Position numbers and translations under genes: made by a program. A DNA stretch of 47,559 nucleotides from a virus (taxonomy: Duplodnaviria > Caudoviricetes): positions 1 through 47,559 of the IMG/VR virus record IMGVR_UViG_3300038674_000378. One strand, written 5' to 3'. The notes under the pieces were generated by a model. It saw only the letters and a program-made list of their open reading frames with translations. It made no database searches and was not told the DNA's origin. Positions 1-9,606 of the stretch are shown piece by piece (positions within the stretch are counted from its first letter, which is position 1; every line of letters starts with the position of its first letter).

Positions 1-86
1 TGGAACTGAAGAAGATTTCCTTCTTCATGCAGCGCAAGCGGGAACAGGCCAAAACGAAAAGATTCAAACCTATTGTGAGGTAACGT

Positions 87-422
87 ATGGCTTCCAAAGA
101 GGACTTACTCGCCGCCTTAGTCGCATACAACCCGAACAACTACGTGCCCATCGATAAAGTAGTACTACCACATTTTGAAGTTCCCGAGCGTGCCTATTAC
201 AAAAAGGAATTGGTTGCCGCTCTCACATCTGATGCAAAATTCCTTATACGCCTCATACTCAACACACCTGACGATCTCATCTCCACATTGTTCCAAGACA
301 ACGGTGATGTGCGGCGTACAGTTCTCACGGACATTCTAAAGCTTCGAGGATGGAGACCTTCTAAGATTAAAGAAGTCCAAGGGGAAGTCAAAACATTCGT
401 CCGGAATTATTACGGGAGTTAA
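87..422 (+). CDS. hypothetical phage protein
   Basis: 111-aa ORF with GAGG SD upstream; its stop sits 1 nt before the helicase ATG. Confidence 0.6.
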   Translation: MASKEDLLAALVAYNPNNYVPIDKVVLPHFEVPERAYYKKELVAALTSDAKFLIRLILNTPDDLISTLFQDNGDVRRTVLTDILKLRGWRPSKIKEVQGEVKTFVRNYYGS

Positions 423-423
423 T

Positions 424-1827
424 ATGCCTTTGAGGATTCACATAGAATCCTCCTCACTAACTACCATCTGTAAAGAGACCAGAAAACTGGTCAATGACTT
501 TTTGTCATTCCCTGCAACCAGATGGGAGATTGGTCCCTTCAAAAATAAAATAAAGAGGGGATACGTCAGGAGGATAATTGCGACCATTGAAGAGGACAAC
601 CAGAAGTTTTATTGCATTCCTACAGGACTTGTCCCTTCTGTGATAAGATTTCTGGAAACGAAAGGCCACAAACCGGAAGTCACTGACGACCGAGAACGAA
701 GAGGAAAGATAGTAAAGCCTGAGTTACCTGGTATCGAGTTCCGAGGTGATCAGATGATGACGCTGAGGAGAGCTTTGACTCACCATAACGGTGTGATCAT
801 CGAACCTACAGGAACAGGTAAGACTGTCCTTGCCGCAGGTATCCTGTCCTCCTACGGTGTAGGGAAAGGCGGGCCAAAAGCCCTGTTCCTTGTCCACACC
901 AAAGACTTACTTCATCAGGCCCTGGATGAGTTCAAGAAATTCGGGTTTCGCGTAGGCGTTTGGCAGGGGTCTACGTTTTCCTCAGGAGATGTCACAATCG
1001 CCACACGGCAGACGGCTGTGCGGAAAGAGCGTGATGCCTTCAAGGACTTCGGACTCGTCATCGTTGACGAAACGCACCACATCTCAGGATTCGCTGGCGA
1101 TTACTTCGATGTCCTTTATCGCTGTTCTAATACTGTGTCACGTTTCGGTTTCACTGCCACGAAACCCACAACAATCGAAGCACGTTGGGCATTAGAAGCA
1201 GCCATTGGCCCCATCGTTTCAGAGAAAACTATAGCACAAGGAAATGAATTGGGCATTCTGGCTAAACCTAAGATAAAACTGATCTCCTATCAAGGAGATG
1301 AATGGACGGGGGAAGAAAAAGAATACCCCCAGTTCTACAAACGGTTCATCGTAAACAATCGATCTCGCAACAAGATTGTTGTGGATATTGCGGAAAAAGA
1401 AGCCAAGGAAGGCCGCTCTTCCCTCATCTTCATCACCAAGCTTGAGCACGGAAAATTACTTGAAACGATGATAAAGCGAAGAGGACTTGACTGTGACTTC
1501 GTTCATGGTGCATCTGATGCTGATACCAGAAACTCTACAAAGAATAAGATCCAGAAGAAAAAGTCTCTCATCGTCATCTGTTCTGTTATCTGGAAGGAAG
1601 GCGTCAGTATCAAATCCCTCAACAACGTTATCATGGCGGCAGGAGGCAAAGACCAGAAAGGCGTCTTGCAGGCCATAGGAAGAGGAACAAGACTGGATGA
1701 AGGTAAAACTGAAGTAAACATCTGGGACTTCATGGATCCGTATAGACATCTTGCAGAACATTCCATAGGTCGCGTCAAGATATACAAAGACGCGGAATGG
1801 GATGTGGAGGTGATTGCATGTGCATGA
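424..1827 (+). CDS. SF2 DExH-box helicase (UvsW/RadD-like)
   Basis: Walker A PTGTGKT, DETHH box, motif III TAT, motif V EGVSI, motif VI QAIGRGTR. Confidence 0.92.
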   Translation: MPLRIHIESSSLTTICKETRKLVNDFLSFPATRWEIGPFKNKIKRGYVRRIIATIEEDNQKFYCIPTGLVPSVIRFLETKGHKPEVTDDRERRGKIVKPELPGIEFRGDQMMTLRRALTHHNGVIIEPTGTGKTVLAAGILSSYGVGKGGPKALFLVHTKDLLHQALDEFKKFGFRVGVWQGSTFSSGDVTIATRQTAVRKERDAFKDFGLVIVDETHHISGFAGDYFDVLYRCSNTVSRFGFTATKPTTIEARWALEAAIGPIVSEKTIAQGNELGILAKPKIKLISYQGDEWTGEEKEYPQFYKRFIVNNRSRNKIVVDIAEKEAKEGRSSLIFITKLEHGKLLETMIKRRGLDCDFVHGASDADTRNSTKNKIQKKKSLIVICSVIWKEGVSIKSLNNVIMAAGGKDQKGVLQAIGRGTRLDEGKTEVNIWDFMDPYRHLAEHSIGRVKIYKDAEWDVEVIACA

Positions 1828-2797
1828 AGGTAAAAAGAAGGCAAAATATCTTCCGGTAAACGTTACCGCTGTACTGCAGGAATTGAATGTGTTTTACGCC
1901 GATCACGGCAAGAACGTTACAGTCGGTTGGGTAAACGTGAACTGCCCATTTTGCCATGATCCGTCTTGGCACTTAGGAATTAATCTATTGACCAACCGCT
2001 GTAGCTGTTGGAAGTGTGGAAGAAGGACTTCTTTTTGGTTTTATTTGAAAGAAAAGTTCGGCTTTGACAATTACAAGCTCGGCAGGCTGTTCGATAAGCA
2101 CACACAGATAGGCCAATTTGGCCCTGTACGCGACGCTACCGAGCCTCTAGGCCATTTTGGCCGTGAATGCCTGAAGTGGCCTTCGAACGTCAAGGACAGC
2201 CCCCTCCCTATTCATGAGAAATACCTCAGAAAGAGAGGCTTTAATCCCCAGGAGATAGTGCCGTACTACAACTTGAAGTTCACCGGCCACAATTCGAAGT
2301 ACACGAAAGACGATAGAACCCAGATAGATTTTAGATACAGAGTATTGGCCCCCGTAATCATGGGCGGCAAGACAGTCAACTTCATTGGCCGTGATGTAAC
2401 GGAAAACGAAAGCGCAATACGCTATAAGAACTGCCCTAATGAGGAAGCAATTATCACTACCAAAGATTGTCTTTACAATTCTGACGGAGTGAAGGATATA
2501 GCCATAATCGTTGAAGGTCCTACAGACGTTTGGAACGTAGGCTTCGGGGCAGTAGGTGTTATCGGTATCAAAGTAACGAAACGGCAGATAGCGTACTTGC
2601 AGGAACTGCATTTACAGAAAGCTGTCCTTCTCTTTGACGAAGGCGCAAAAGAAGAAGAGGATAAACTGAATGACATCCTCAGTATTTTCATACCAGAAGT
2701 ATTTTCTCTCGATGAAATATGGGACGATTACGATGACCCAGGTAATTTAACGAAGGCCCAAGTAAAGGAAATCAGAAACTTAGTATTTAGGAGATAG
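1814..2797 (+). CDS. DNA primase (Zn finger + TOPRIM)
   Basis: N-terminal CPFC...H...CWKC zinc finger; TOPRIM VEGPTD, LLFDEG and DDPG; start may be GTG at 1820. Confidence 0.85.
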   Translation: MHVHEGKKKAKYLPVNVTAVLQELNVFYADHGKNVTVGWVNVNCPFCHDPSWHLGINLLTNRCSCWKCGRRTSFWFYLKEKFGFDNYKLGRLFDKHTQIGQFGPVRDATEPLGHFGRECLKWPSNVKDSPLPIHEKYLRKRGFNPQEIVPYYNLKFTGHNSKYTKDDRTQIDFRYRVLAPVIMGGKTVNFIGRDVTENESAIRYKNCPNEEAIITTKDCLYNSDGVKDIAIIVEGPTDVWNVGFGAVGVIGIKVTKRQIAYLQELHLQKAVLLFDEGAKEEEDKLNDILSIFIPEVFSLDEIWDDYDDPGNLTKAQVKEIRNLVFRR

Positions 2798-2799
2798 TC

Positions 2800-3165
2800 A
2801 TGTCTACGCAGAAAATTTCCCGAATTTTCCCTGTTCCCACTTATATGATCAAGGACAACACGCTTTTCAAAATTTATAAGGCTTTGCTGGAATGTGCTGA
2901 TGTCTACGGCAGGATCTACACGACCAACGAAGAAATTTCCAGGATGATTGGTGTCTCTGAAACTTCTACTGTGGTAACTACTGGTATCAGCAAGCTGAAA
3001 GATATGGGTGTCGTGGAACGTATTAAGAAGACTTCTCGGTCCCATAAGATCGGTCTGAAACGCATCCTTCAGCTTTGCCCTCCGTACGATAAGTTGTCCG
3101 TTGCTTTTCAAAAGCAGGGCTCTATCCCCGCTACTGACTTTCTCAAGGAAATGAGGAACCTGTGA
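2800..3165 (+). CDS. small basic helix-turn-helix protein
   Basis: TNEEISRMIGVSETSTVVTTGISKLKDMGVVERI fits a winged-HTH pattern. Confidence 0.55.
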   Translation: MSTQKISRIFPVPTYMIKDNTLFKIYKALLECADVYGRIYTTNEEISRMIGVSETSTVVTTGISKLKDMGVVERIKKTSRSHKIGLKRILQLCPPYDKLSVAFQKQGSIPATDFLKEMRNL

Positions 3166-3368
3166 TGAACGTACTTTGTTTGCAAAATTTAACTGTGATA
3201 GGAATGAAGTGCCCGAACTGCGGAATGTACATCAAAGCATATCTAACTCCTGACGACTACACTATGCTTTTAAATAGTGAAAATACGGATGCAGTAAAGT
3301 TCGTCGCCAATTTTGAGTGTACACAATGCCACAAAACGTGGAGCATTACGCTAAAAAGGCCGCAATGA
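3162..3368 (+). CDS. small Zn-ribbon protein
   Basis: CPNC...CTQC cysteine pairs. Confidence 0.5.
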   Translation: MMNVLCLQNLTVIGMKCPNCGMYIKAYLTPDDYTMLLNSENTDAVKFVANFECTQCHKTWSITLKRPQ

Positions 3369-3383
3369 GGGCCTTTATTTTTC
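3356..3383 (+). terminator. probable intrinsic terminator
   Basis: AAGGCC-gcaatgag-GGCCTT followed by TATTTTTC. Confidence 0.5.
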
Positions 3384-3419
3384 AGAGTGATATATGTTTA
3401 TAGAACACGCACGCACGAA

Positions 3420-3600
3420 AATATGTATTCTTTTTGATCTTATATTCTTATTTCTTATATTCTTATTTCTTAATATTATTAATATTCTTTCTTCTTTCTT
3501 TGCTTCTTTCTTTCTTCTTGAAACCCTAGCAACATCTTGAAATTTTTAAGATTTTTAAGAAAGAAGAAAACCATAAGAAATAAAGAAAATAAATTCTTAC
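3420..3600. repeat. AT-rich non-coding tract with tandem repeats; candidate replication origin
   Basis: TCTTATATTCTTATT x2 (3438-3467), then TTCTTTC-type pyrimidine repeats and an opposing AAGAA-rich tract. Confidence 0.5.
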
Positions 3601-3798
3601 CGCACAATCAATATTTGCCGGGGGAGAGTTCGTTCCACTCACTCTTACCGGAAAGAAATTATTTTATTAGCGACCAAGCTCCTAAAAATTACATGAAAAC
3701 CAAATTTATTTGGGGCGGCGCAGCCGCAACCTCATAAAGTTTCAAATATATGCTAATATGAAATTGGCAGCACTGCTAGACACAATTATGGAGGCTTT

Positions 3799-4758
3799 AT
3801 GGCCATAAAACCACTGGGCTTTAAGCAGGAAAAGAAGCCCTTGAAAGGAAAGTTAGTTCATTTTGAGCCATTTGAAGAGGAATTTATGGCTTTTTGGAAA
3901 TCTTTAGGTTTTTCTACACCCAAAGATAAGACTGCAAAATACTATAAAAAGAGTGTGAGGTACTTGCGTTATCTTCTTCGTGGAGAGAAGTTTTTCTGGT
4001 TGGATCGCCCTCTTTCTATAAAGGAAATTCAGCATTTTTGTATTATCTTTAAGGAACACGCAGAACTGAATAAATTCTTTGAGAGTGAAGGAAGAAAGTA
4101 TGATCTGAAGAAATTTTATTTCCATCAGTTCGTGCTATCTTTTTCCGGCCATTCTTTTCTACGTGACATTTTGGAAGGAAAACTAGCTTCCGTCGAAGTA
4201 GACGACGATTTGGCCGCATTTGCCAACGAAATATCGATTCTTATACGGAAAAATTTGAAGCGGGAGGCTGGATTCTCTTCTGGAGAATATGCAAGAATCC
4301 TCAGCTTTGCGAAGACAATACAATCTTTTTTCAATAACAACAGAGGGAAGATAGCTTTTGGTGTAGATGCGCTATCCCTAGTAAAAGCATCGTACAAAGT
4401 GATAAATGAGTTTCGAAAGATAAAGGGTATAACCAGTAACGTACTCATTTATACAGGTAATTACGCTGCCGGTGCTGCTTTAGAGCAGGCTATGGATCAG
4501 TTCTCTTACTGGAAGATTTATGAGAAACACGAGGATGACAAGGCCATTGTTACGAAGGATCCTGATAAGGTTCGCCGTGTCATAGAAGAACAGAAGAAGA
4601 AGGAAGAAGAGAACCTGCCTGATATAGTTAAACGCAGAAGAGAGGAGATGCGAAAAAATGGCACTGTCTGCAAACCAAAGGATACGGATGAAGATTGCTC
4701 ACGTAGGGACGAATACCTCAGAAAAAAGAAAGAAAAACGTAACCCCTTTGGCCGTTGA
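3799..4758 (+). CDS. hypothetical protein
   Basis: 319-aa ORF with GGAGG SD; no motif recognised; basic C-terminal tail. Confidence 0.7.
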   Translation: MAIKPLGFKQEKKPLKGKLVHFEPFEEEFMAFWKSLGFSTPKDKTAKYYKKSVRYLRYLLRGEKFFWLDRPLSIKEIQHFCIIFKEHAELNKFFESEGRKYDLKKFYFHQFVLSFSGHSFLRDILEGKLASVEVDDDLAAFANEISILIRKNLKREAGFSSGEYARILSFAKTIQSFFNNNRGKIAFGVDALSLVKASYKVINEFRKIKGITSNVLIYTGNYAAGAALEQAMDQFSYWKIYEKHEDDKAIVTKDPDKVRRVIEEQKKKEEENLPDIVKRRREEMRKNGTVCKPKDTDEDCSRRDEYLRKKKEKRNPFGR

Positions 4759-5197
4759 CAGCAGGCAGCTTTTTCGGATAATCGTGATTCTGATCTTTAC
4801 AGAAAAGGTGATAACCGCTAATGCTAACGCTGATCCTACGAAGACGATCAAGAAGCAGAGATACCTGTTTGATGCAAGCATTCAGCATATTTGGGACTGT
4901 CTTCCTAAGGAAGACGTACCCTCTGATAATATTTCTTCTGCTCTTAGGATGATTTATAATTTTGCTTCTCGTCGGGACGCTGTTTGTGTTAGAACATTGC
5001 TCAACACCAGCTTGGAACTAATAAACCACTTAAAAACATTCGTTATAGACCCATTCCCTCTTGCTCATTTGTTGAATGTTGAAAGCTCGGTGTACAAAAT
5101 TCTTCAGGAATATGATCCTAATATAAGTCATGATGAATCGTATAAAACGGGCGTCGAGCTTGCTGATGAGATTCTAGCTTACCTGGAGCTGTTATGA
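4748..5197 (+). CDS. hypothetical protein (start uncertain)
   Basis: Open frame fills the gap after the previous gene; the 4658 start would overlap it by 100 nt. Confidence 0.5.
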   Translation: MAVDSRQLFRIIVILIFTEKVITANANADPTKTIKKQRYLFDASIQHIWDCLPKEDVPSDNISSALRMIYNFASRRDAVCVRTLLNTSLELINHLKTFVIDPFPLAHLLNVESSVYKILQEYDPNISHDESYKTGVELADEILAYLELL

Positions 5198-5386
5198 TGT
5201 CTTCTGTTCGCTGTCCCAACTGTGGCTCTATGCTTGACGTATGTGTGAACACAGATTTTATCACACCGTAAACATTTGCTGTCATGGCTGCTATACTTGC
5301 TTTTTGGCAACTCCCGTGCCGTTCGATCTTCCGAAGAAACCTAAAATCGGGATACTCTATTCCTTTACTGAGTGGGGTGGTTATCC

Positions 5387-5833
5387 ATGTTCAATTTCGC
5401 AGGAAATGTGACAGACACGAAAACCGGCAAAAGTAAGTTCGTATTGTTATCTCCTGGTAAAGATTTCTGGAGAGATGATAAACGAATACGTTATGACAGG
5501 GTTACGGGGAACGGCGTGCTGGCCCGAAGACTTCACCTAGACACCAAATCCATATTTCCTATATTTTTCACCCATACTGGTCATATCAAGCACAACGCTT
5601 ATGATCACGCTAAGGGTTCTGGTAAAAAGGTGTTTCTCGTCGGCTACGCTAGAGGCGTGTGGATGACACACCAGAAAGAGTTATTCCACGCCGGTCACGG
5701 ATTTCATCTCATGATGAAGAATGATGAGATTTTGCCGGGTGACTACAGAAGGTACTTGGTTCTGTGCTCTGTCGAAATGCTATCATACCCCATAGATTTC
5801 AGAAAGGTTGAGGTTTTTAGAAATGTCGCGTAA
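5387..5833 (+). CDS. hypothetical protein
   Basis: ORF with GGGGTGG SD before ATG 5387. Confidence 0.55.
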   Translation: MFNFAGNVTDTKTGKSKFVLLSPGKDFWRDDKRIRYDRVTGNGVLARRLHLDTKSIFPIFFTHTGHIKHNAYDHAKGSGKKVFLVGYARGVWMTHQKELFHAGHGFHLMMKNDEILPGDYRRYLVLCSVEMLSYPIDFRKVEVFRNVA

Positions 5834-6044
5834 CTGTGAAACGCTTCGGAAAGAACTTGAAATAGAGAGGAGTATTACTGAGAAGATGGAGTTTGCCATA
5901 CAGGCAATGCTCCTAGGCGATCTACATGCGTATCACCACATGCGTGATGCTTTACAATTCGCTGAACATCAGCGAAAGGAGGCCGAAAATGCAAGAAGGA
6001 TTCAAGATTTGCCTCGACTGGCGGGCGGGAAGGGATCTTCCTGA
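5823..6044 (+). CDS. hypothetical coiled-coil protein
   Basis: GAGG SD; overlaps neighbours in operon style. Confidence 0.5.
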   Translation: MSRNCETLRKELEIERSITEKMEFAIQAMLLGDLHAYHHMRDALQFAEHQRKEAENARRIQDLPRLAGGKGSS

Positions 6045-6264
6045 CATTCCAAACAACGAGATTCTGGATAAGATTTCAGACACCGTTATTGAAATGTCAA
6101 TCGAGAATGGGAAATTGGCTAGGACTCTGCACGACGTAATGTTTCGAATCTTCGGTAAAAAAGAACTTCCTGCTGAGGATGTAAGCTACATCCGCAACGT
6201 TGTCATTGGTAATTTGGGGAGAGTATATGCCGATCCTTGCACAGAGGAAAAACACAAAGACTGA
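5989..6264 (+). CDS. hypothetical protein
   Basis: AAGGAGG SD before ATG 5989. Confidence 0.55.
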   Translation: MQEGFKICLDWRAGRDLPDIPNNEILDKISDTVIEMSIENGKLARTLHDVMFRIFGKKELPAEDVSYIRNVVIGNLGRVYADPCTEEKHKD

Positions 6265-7762
6265 AGAACTCATCCTGACGGGAATGATCGTCAGCGATGA
6301 GTTTTTTTCTGGGATACGTTCCGTAGTCAAGACGGATTATTTCGCAAATACATACACATCCAGGGTCGCAGAATGGTGCATAGACTATTACAACAGTAAC
6401 GGTTCTGTTCCGTTCGAAAATATCTTCCACATCTTCGAGGCTGAGAAAGACAGTTTACCCAGAGAAGACATTCAGGTTTTATCGGCATTGTTCACAAGAA
6501 TAGGCGAAGTCTACGATACAGGCGATAATTTCAATCATCAGTATTTGCTCCACAGTGTCACTATACCTTATTTCGAAAAGAGAGAAGTAGAAATAAGAGC
6601 GCAAAAAGCACTAGGCTATTTGCAGAAGGATGACGTAGAATCGGCAAAGAACATTCTCAATGATCCCATAAGGCTGAGGGAATCTGCAATACATATTGTA
6701 AACCCTTTTGAGCCGGAATACGTTGAAGACTCTATCTTCACGATAGAAGAGCCGTTGTTCCAGTTACAAGGGGCATTAGGAAGATTGCTTGGGCCTATAC
6801 AAGAGGGCTGGCTGATTAACCTGCAGGGAGCTATGAAGCGAGGAAAATCGAACTTTCTTTACGACATAGCTTTTTTGTTGGCGGCATCGAACATCAAGGT
6901 TTATCACGTATCCCTTGAGATGAAGCGTAGAGACTCCGTACTCAAGTGGGCCAAGAGAATGACTGGTTGTAGCACAGAGGCGGGAACAAAGATTTATCCA
7001 TGCTTTGACTGTGTGAAGAATCAGGCGGCTACCTGCGATAAGATCCAAAGGCCCGATCAGCCCGCCCTACTTTCCGAGAAGGGAAAGAAACCCAAGTACG
7101 ACATTGATCACCCACACATTCCGTGTACGGCTTGCAGAGCAGACAATGACTACTACACGGACTTTGAGCCAGCTACATGGTTTCAGCCCGTGCTAAAGTC
7201 GTACATAGGCACGAATTACAACTTGAAATTGTTGGAAACATTCAATAGGTACTATGGTCACAACATTCGCTCAGTGACATACCCTAAGTTCAGTGTGTCT
7301 TTTCAAGACATTGTGCGAGACATGGATGTTTACACACAAGACACTGGCTGGATTCCGAAAGTATTTATCATCGACTACCTTGACGTTACAAGACTGCCCA
7401 AGTCAAGCAATGGCAGAGATTCTTACGACGAAGTGTGGAAACGTGCTGCTGGCTTCAGCGATGAACGCGCCATAACCGTTATCAACGTTTCTCAGCCAAA
7501 CAGAGGCGGCATCATAAAGAAGTCGATGGATGAGACAGACACCTCTGAAGACATTCGCAAAATGGCACATGTGGATGTGTGGGCAACTCTCAATCAGTTA
7601 CCCTCAGAAAAACGAGACAAGTGTGCTAGAATAGGCTTAGTAGCGCACAGACACCATGATTTCGATAAGACCAAGCAAGCAATGATTTTACAGGATATTG
7701 ACACAGGCCAGTTTGTTTTGGATTCTGAAATTGTTCACGTAGAAAGCGATGAAGAGGAGTAA
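6227..7762 (+). CDS. replicative DnaB/gp41-like (SF4) helicase with Cys-rich insertion
   Basis: Walker A GAMKRGKS, VSLEM, FIIDYLD, VSQPNR, SEDIRKMAHVD. Confidence 0.85.
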   Translation: MPILAQRKNTKTEELILTGMIVSDEFFSGIRSVVKTDYFANTYTSRVAEWCIDYYNSNGSVPFENIFHIFEAEKDSLPREDIQVLSALFTRIGEVYDTGDNFNHQYLLHSVTIPYFEKREVEIRAQKALGYLQKDDVESAKNILNDPIRLRESAIHIVNPFEPEYVEDSIFTIEEPLFQLQGALGRLLGPIQEGWLINLQGAMKRGKSNFLYDIAFLLAASNIKVYHVSLEMKRRDSVLKWAKRMTGCSTEAGTKIYPCFDCVKNQAATCDKIQRPDQPALLSEKGKKPKYDIDHPHIPCTACRADNDYYTDFEPATWFQPVLKSYIGTNYNLKLLETFNRYYGHNIRSVTYPKFSVSFQDIVRDMDVYTQDTGWIPKVFIIDYLDVTRLPKSSNGRDSYDEVWKRAAGFSDERAITVINVSQPNRGGIIKKSMDETDTSEDIRKMAHVDVWATLNQLPSEKRDKCARIGLVAHRHHDFDKTKQAMILQDIDTGQFVLDSEIVHVESDEEE

Positions 7763-7765
7763 CAC

Positions 7766-8827
7766 ATGGAAAGTGATAAAATTTTGAAATCTTGCCCTGT
7801 TTGTGGAAAGATAAAGAAGAATCTTTCTCTGCATTTTACAAAGGTCGATGATGCAGCCCATGAAAAATTTTTAGAGAGGGTGTATTTTGTTGTTGACCCT
7901 CTTCTTTCAGAAAATTATTTGTTTGAAATTATATCTCTAATAGAGGAACAACACGAGGAGTTTGCTAGTGTTTGTACGGAAAGGTTTCTAGCTCTTAGAA
8001 GAGAAGCCTTGGGTATCTCCGGAAGAAAAGTAGTAGGGAAGAGAAGATTGGGGGAGTGTAACCCCGCCAAAAATACGGAAGTGCGTATAAAAATCTCGGA
8101 CGCAATTAAAGAAATGTGGAAAAGCGGCGATTACTCGGACAGAATAAACGGTATGATGGGTGTGTGTGGTTCCGATCATCCTGGTTGGAAAGATGAAAAG
8201 CATACACCTCTATACTTTGCAGAGAAGAATTACAGAGAATTTTTAGGGCATTTCCAAGATATAACACAGTGCTCTTGCTGTGGTAAGATTTGTGAAACTA
8301 ATGTTCATCACATAGATGAAAACCATGAAAACTTCTTAATTTCGAACTTGGAACCTTTGTGCATTTCTTGCCATGCTGATTTGCATTATGGAAAAAGGAA
8401 AATGCCTTATGTGACTATAGGGAAGTTTTTCCGTTTCGCGGGGGCACATTTTCTTCCCACACATCCCAGACTTTGCAAGCACTGGCACGGCCATGAATGG
8501 CGCATGGAAGTACAGATTATGAAGAGGGTTGACAAGACCACAGGTATGGTTTTGGATTTTTCTGATTTGAAGAAGGCAGTTAAATCCTGCATTGTTGATA
8601 AACTGGACCATAACATGCTAAACGATTTTTTGGTAAACCCCACGGCTGAAAATATTCTTGTGTGGTGCTGGGAACGTTTGATGTTTGATGGTCTTTTAAA
8701 GGGTATAAAGAAAATAACTTTGTGGGAAGCAGAGGATTCCTGGGCCTCTTTGGATGTGGATGGGATGCTTTCTGTTTTCCGCGGCAATATTGAAAATTAT
8801 GTAGAGAAAGAATGGTACGAAGCATGA
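7766..8827 (+). CDS. queD: HNH endonuclease domain fused to 6-carboxytetrahydropterin synthase (QueD)
   Basis: C-terminal FAGAH...CKHWHGHEW...GMVLDFSDLK...LDH...NPTAENI is QueD; the middle CSCC...VHHIDENHEN...NLEPLCISCH is HNH. Confidence 0.85.
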   Translation: MESDKILKSCPVCGKIKKNLSLHFTKVDDAAHEKFLERVYFVVDPLLSENYLFEIISLIEEQHEEFASVCTERFLALRREALGISGRKVVGKRRLGECNPAKNTEVRIKISDAIKEMWKSGDYSDRINGMMGVCGSDHPGWKDEKHTPLYFAEKNYREFLGHFQDITQCSCCGKICETNVHHIDENHENFLISNLEPLCISCHADLHYGKRKMPYVTIGKFFRFAGAHFLPTHPRLCKHWHGHEWRMEVQIMKRVDKTTGMVLDFSDLKKAVKSCIVDKLDHNMLNDFLVNPTAENILVWCWERLMFDGLLKGIKKITLWEAEDSWASLDVDGMLSVFRGNIENYVEKEWYEA

Positions 8828-9081
8828 ACTTCCAAGACTTCGATAGTGCCATAACAAGGGCAAAGGCATACAAGGTTCCGTGTGTCATTTGTAAACTTTT
8901 GAATCCAACCACACCACTGAAAAGGCGGAACCCATTCTTCATAATGAAAATCGAATCCTTTCATTCTGGTATTCTCAAAATGGCGTCTATTGAGGCTTGC
9001 ACGGTTCCTTTGGTGCCCGACGACATTTGTTGCTGGCACTCCACTTCCAAAATACAGACGGATATATTTAGGAGGCGGTAA
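8824..9081 (+). CDS. hypothetical protein
   Basis: ATGA overlap with the queD stop; ends overlapping the next ATG. Confidence 0.45.
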   Translation: MNFQDFDSAITRAKAYKVPCVICKLLNPTTPLKRRNPFFIMKIESFHSGILKMASIEACTVPLVPDDICCWHSTSKIQTDIFRRR

Positions 9082-9605
9082 TGTGTGAATGCCCTATGTG
9101 TGAAATGGATTATGCTCCCGTAGAAGAAAAAGTTTATGCCGCAATGGGGAGTGGTAAACGTGTTATGATAATCAACAATGAAATGGGTGTGAGGTCTGAA
9201 CGTATGGAAAAAATTCTTATCGGCATGAGCGAAAGGAGGCCGGTGGAATCTGAGAGAAAATACACCGGCTATACGACGTTTGTGCGGCAAGGCCGCAAGA
9301 TAGGCCGCAATGAGCCGTGCCCCTGCGGTAGCGGCCGGAAATTCAAGAAATGTTGCCATCGCAGCGCAGGCTTTACGCTCATTGAAGTGCTGATCATCAT
9401 TGCCATCATAGGCATCCTTGCCGCCATAGCTATACCCGCCTTTATGGGTAAAGGCGGCTACAAGAATGGTGATTATTCCATGGGTATAGGTGGCATTGTC
9501 GAAACTCGTTGCATTGGCGGCTACCAGTTTGCCGTTGGTGCTCGTGGCAATCCCGAACAGATTTTGGATAATAATGGCAAGGGTATTCCTTGCGGGAGCA
9601 AATAG
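9081..9605 (+). CDS. SEC-C motif protein fused to a type IV prepilin-like C-terminal part
   Basis: [18 protein letters not shown] (SEC-C) directly followed by G|[22 protein letters not shown] (class III signal with E+5). Confidence 0.8.
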   Translation: MCECPMCEMDYAPVEEKVYAAMGSGKRVMIINNEMGVRSERMEKILIGMSERRPVESERKYTGYTTFVRQGRKIGRNEPCPCGSGRKFKKCCHRSAGFTLIEVLIIIAIIGILAAIAIPAFMGKGGYKNGDYSMGIGGIVETRCIGGYQFAVGARGNPEQILDNNGKGIPCGSK

Positions 9606-9606
9606 T

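Noticed and set aside
3537-3737. 66-aa ORF in the AT-rich gap
   Set aside because: TTG start without SD and low-complexity translation of A-rich repeats; more likely non-coding
9490-9606. N-terminal extension of QueE with an apparent signal-like sequence
   Set aside because: It is the alternative frame of the pilin-like gene; QueE homology begins at ATG 9607
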